Source of the DNA: an uncultured Desulfatiglans sp.
GTDB lineage: Bacteria > Desulfobacterota > DSM-4660 > Desulfatiglandales > HGW-15
Direction of reading: 5' to 3'
Assembly (NCBI GenBank): GCA_964460435.1
Contig: CAYWRH010000003.1
Span: 13,547-77,546, forward strand
DNA length: 64,000 nucleotides
The notes beneath the pieces are model-generated. The model ran no database searches and was not told where the DNA came from. It worked only from the letters and a program-made list of their open reading frames with translations. The position numbers and the translations under genes are program-made. Of the stretch, positions 62,962-64,000 are shown piece after piece; the first letter of the stretch is position 1, and every line of letters begins with the position of its first letter.

Positions 62962-63732
62962 TTATCTTTTGGGGATTATTACAACCCTTTTAAGAAGCCC
63001 CTCTCCTCTGCTTCTGGTTTCCAGCTTTTCCACATTCTTGAGGGCCAGATGAACTATACGCCTGTCATGCGGGTTTAAGGGGCTTGTTGAGAATGGCTTT
63101 TTATATTTTTTGGCCTTGTTGCCTATCTTGAGAGCCATCTCTGTAAGTGCATCAACCCTTCTCTGCCGGTAATTCTCAGAGTCTATAATTACCTTTATCT
63201 TCTTGTCTGCATCCCTGTTTATAATTTTATTAAGGATGTACTGAAGCGCATCAAGTGTCTTGCCCTTCCTGCCTATCAGGATGCCTGAGGTGTCGCCTTC
63301 AATAACAAGGGATATTTTGCCCTTTGAGCAGCTCCCCCTTACGCTTGTCTCAACAGGTATGAGTTTAAGGATATTATCCAGCGCATCAATGGCGCTCTTC
63401 AAATAAGGCGCAAGATTTTCATCTGCCTCTTCTGTCTCCTCATTATCTTCTGCCTCCCCCTCATCAGCCTCTTCTATCTCTTCATCTGAGTCAGAGTTAT
63501 CAAAATGTTCAAGGTCGTTATAATTCTCAAAATCGTCATCGTCATCATCAAGGTCTGATTCTTTGATTGTTACCCTTATTTTGGTTTTTCTTGTGCCAAC
63601 AAGGCCAAAAATTCCTGCTGAACCCGGTTCAATAATTTCAAACTCCAGGTTTTCAGGCGATATCTTTAATTCACGAGAGGCATTGTTGATAGCCTCTTCA
63701 GCGGTCTTTCCTTCAAATTCATAACTGTCCAT
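62962..63732 (-). CDS. jag: Jag/KhpB-type RNA-binding protein (Jag_N - KH - R3H) with an acidic insert
   Basis: N-terminus YEFEGKTAEEAINNASRELKI. About 50-aa D/E-rich insert. KH-like IGRKGKTLDALQYI. R3H HDRRIVHLAL. Confidence 0.8.
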   Translation of the reverse strand: MDSYEFEGKTAEEAINNASRELKISPENLEFEIIEPGSAGIFGLVGTRKTKIRVTIKESDLDDDDDDFENYNDLEHFDNSDSDEEIEEADEGEAEDNEETEEADENLAPYLKSAIDALDNILKLIPVETSVRGSCSKGKISLVIEGDTSGILIGRKGKTLDALQYILNKIINRDADKKIKVIIDSENYRQRRVDALTEMALKIGNKAKKYKKPFSTSPLNPHDRRIVHLALKNVEKLETRSRGEGLLKRVVIIPKR

Positions 63733-63748
63733 GCATATCCTCCAATCT

Positions 63749-64000
63749 TTACACCGGCTTTTTGTTGATATAGTACTGCTGACCTATAGAAAGGATATTT
63801 TGTGTCAACCAATAGAGTACCAGGCCGGATGGGAAATTAATAAACATTACCGTGAACATTATCGGCATAAACATCATTATTTTTGCCTGGGCAGGGTCTC
63901 CTACCATAGGCTGCATCTTCTGCTGGATAAACATTGATAACCCCATCAAAAGGGTGAGCACCGGTATACCGTATGGAGGCTCCATAAATGGAATACCGAA
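63749..64000 (-). CDS. yidC: Membrane insertase YidC, C-terminal part (5' end beyond window)
   Basis: Frame is open to nt 64000. C-terminal YidC block [40 protein letters not shown]. Confidence 0.85.
   Translation of the reverse strand, partial: FGIPFMEPPYGIPVLTLLMGLSMFIQQKMQPMVGDPAQAKIMMFMPIMFTVMFINFPSGLVLYWLTQNILSIGQQYYINKKPV

Overview
64-kb bacterial chromosomal window. All CDS ends include the stop codon, as in the ORF track. No homology search was possible, so family calls rest on motifs read from the translations. The organism is probably an anaerobe, judging from a glycyl radical enzyme, a candidate selenoprotein, polyferredoxins and an AprAB-like pair. I found no rRNA, tRNA, CRISPR array, transposase or integrase.

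Layout:
- 1-2.7 kb: a partial sensor kinase and a hybrid kinase ending in a PilZ-like domain.
- 2.7-9.4 kb: a bicupin-like gene, a secreted type-B carboxylesterase and a four-gene envelope operon.
- 9.5-33.4 kb: a large L-arabinose / arabinofuranoside locus. It holds araA, a HAD hydrolase, an FGGY kinase, a LacI regulator, araD, two GH51 arabinofuranosidases, two more carboxylesterases and an OYE reductase. It also holds two Tat-exported FAD oxidoreductase paralogs, an Nramp-fold transporter, a NapH-like polyferredoxin and a ytfQRT-yjfF-type furanose ABC transporter. It is controlled from a divergent promoter pair, each promoter followed by an identical 18-bp palindrome.
- 33.6-36.4 kb: a CE1-like esterase and an MFS transporter.
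- 36.5-47.2 kb: a flavodoxin/ferredoxin fusion, an AprA-like flavoprotein, an AprB-like ferredoxin, a glycyl radical enzyme and two paralogs of an unrecognised family.
- 47.2-64 kb: a HigBA-like toxin-antitoxin islet, stress and housekeeping genes, and the mnmE-jag-yidC cluster.

Best leads:
1. An in-frame TGA at 40473-40475 appears to fuse two track ORFs into a selenoprotein with a U-G-S-C motif. It has a SECIS-like hairpin downstream and sits next to a glycyl radical enzyme that has an unusual C-x-D active-site loop and no activase in the window.
2. A Tat-flavoprotein / polyferredoxin redox module embedded in the glycan-utilisation operon.
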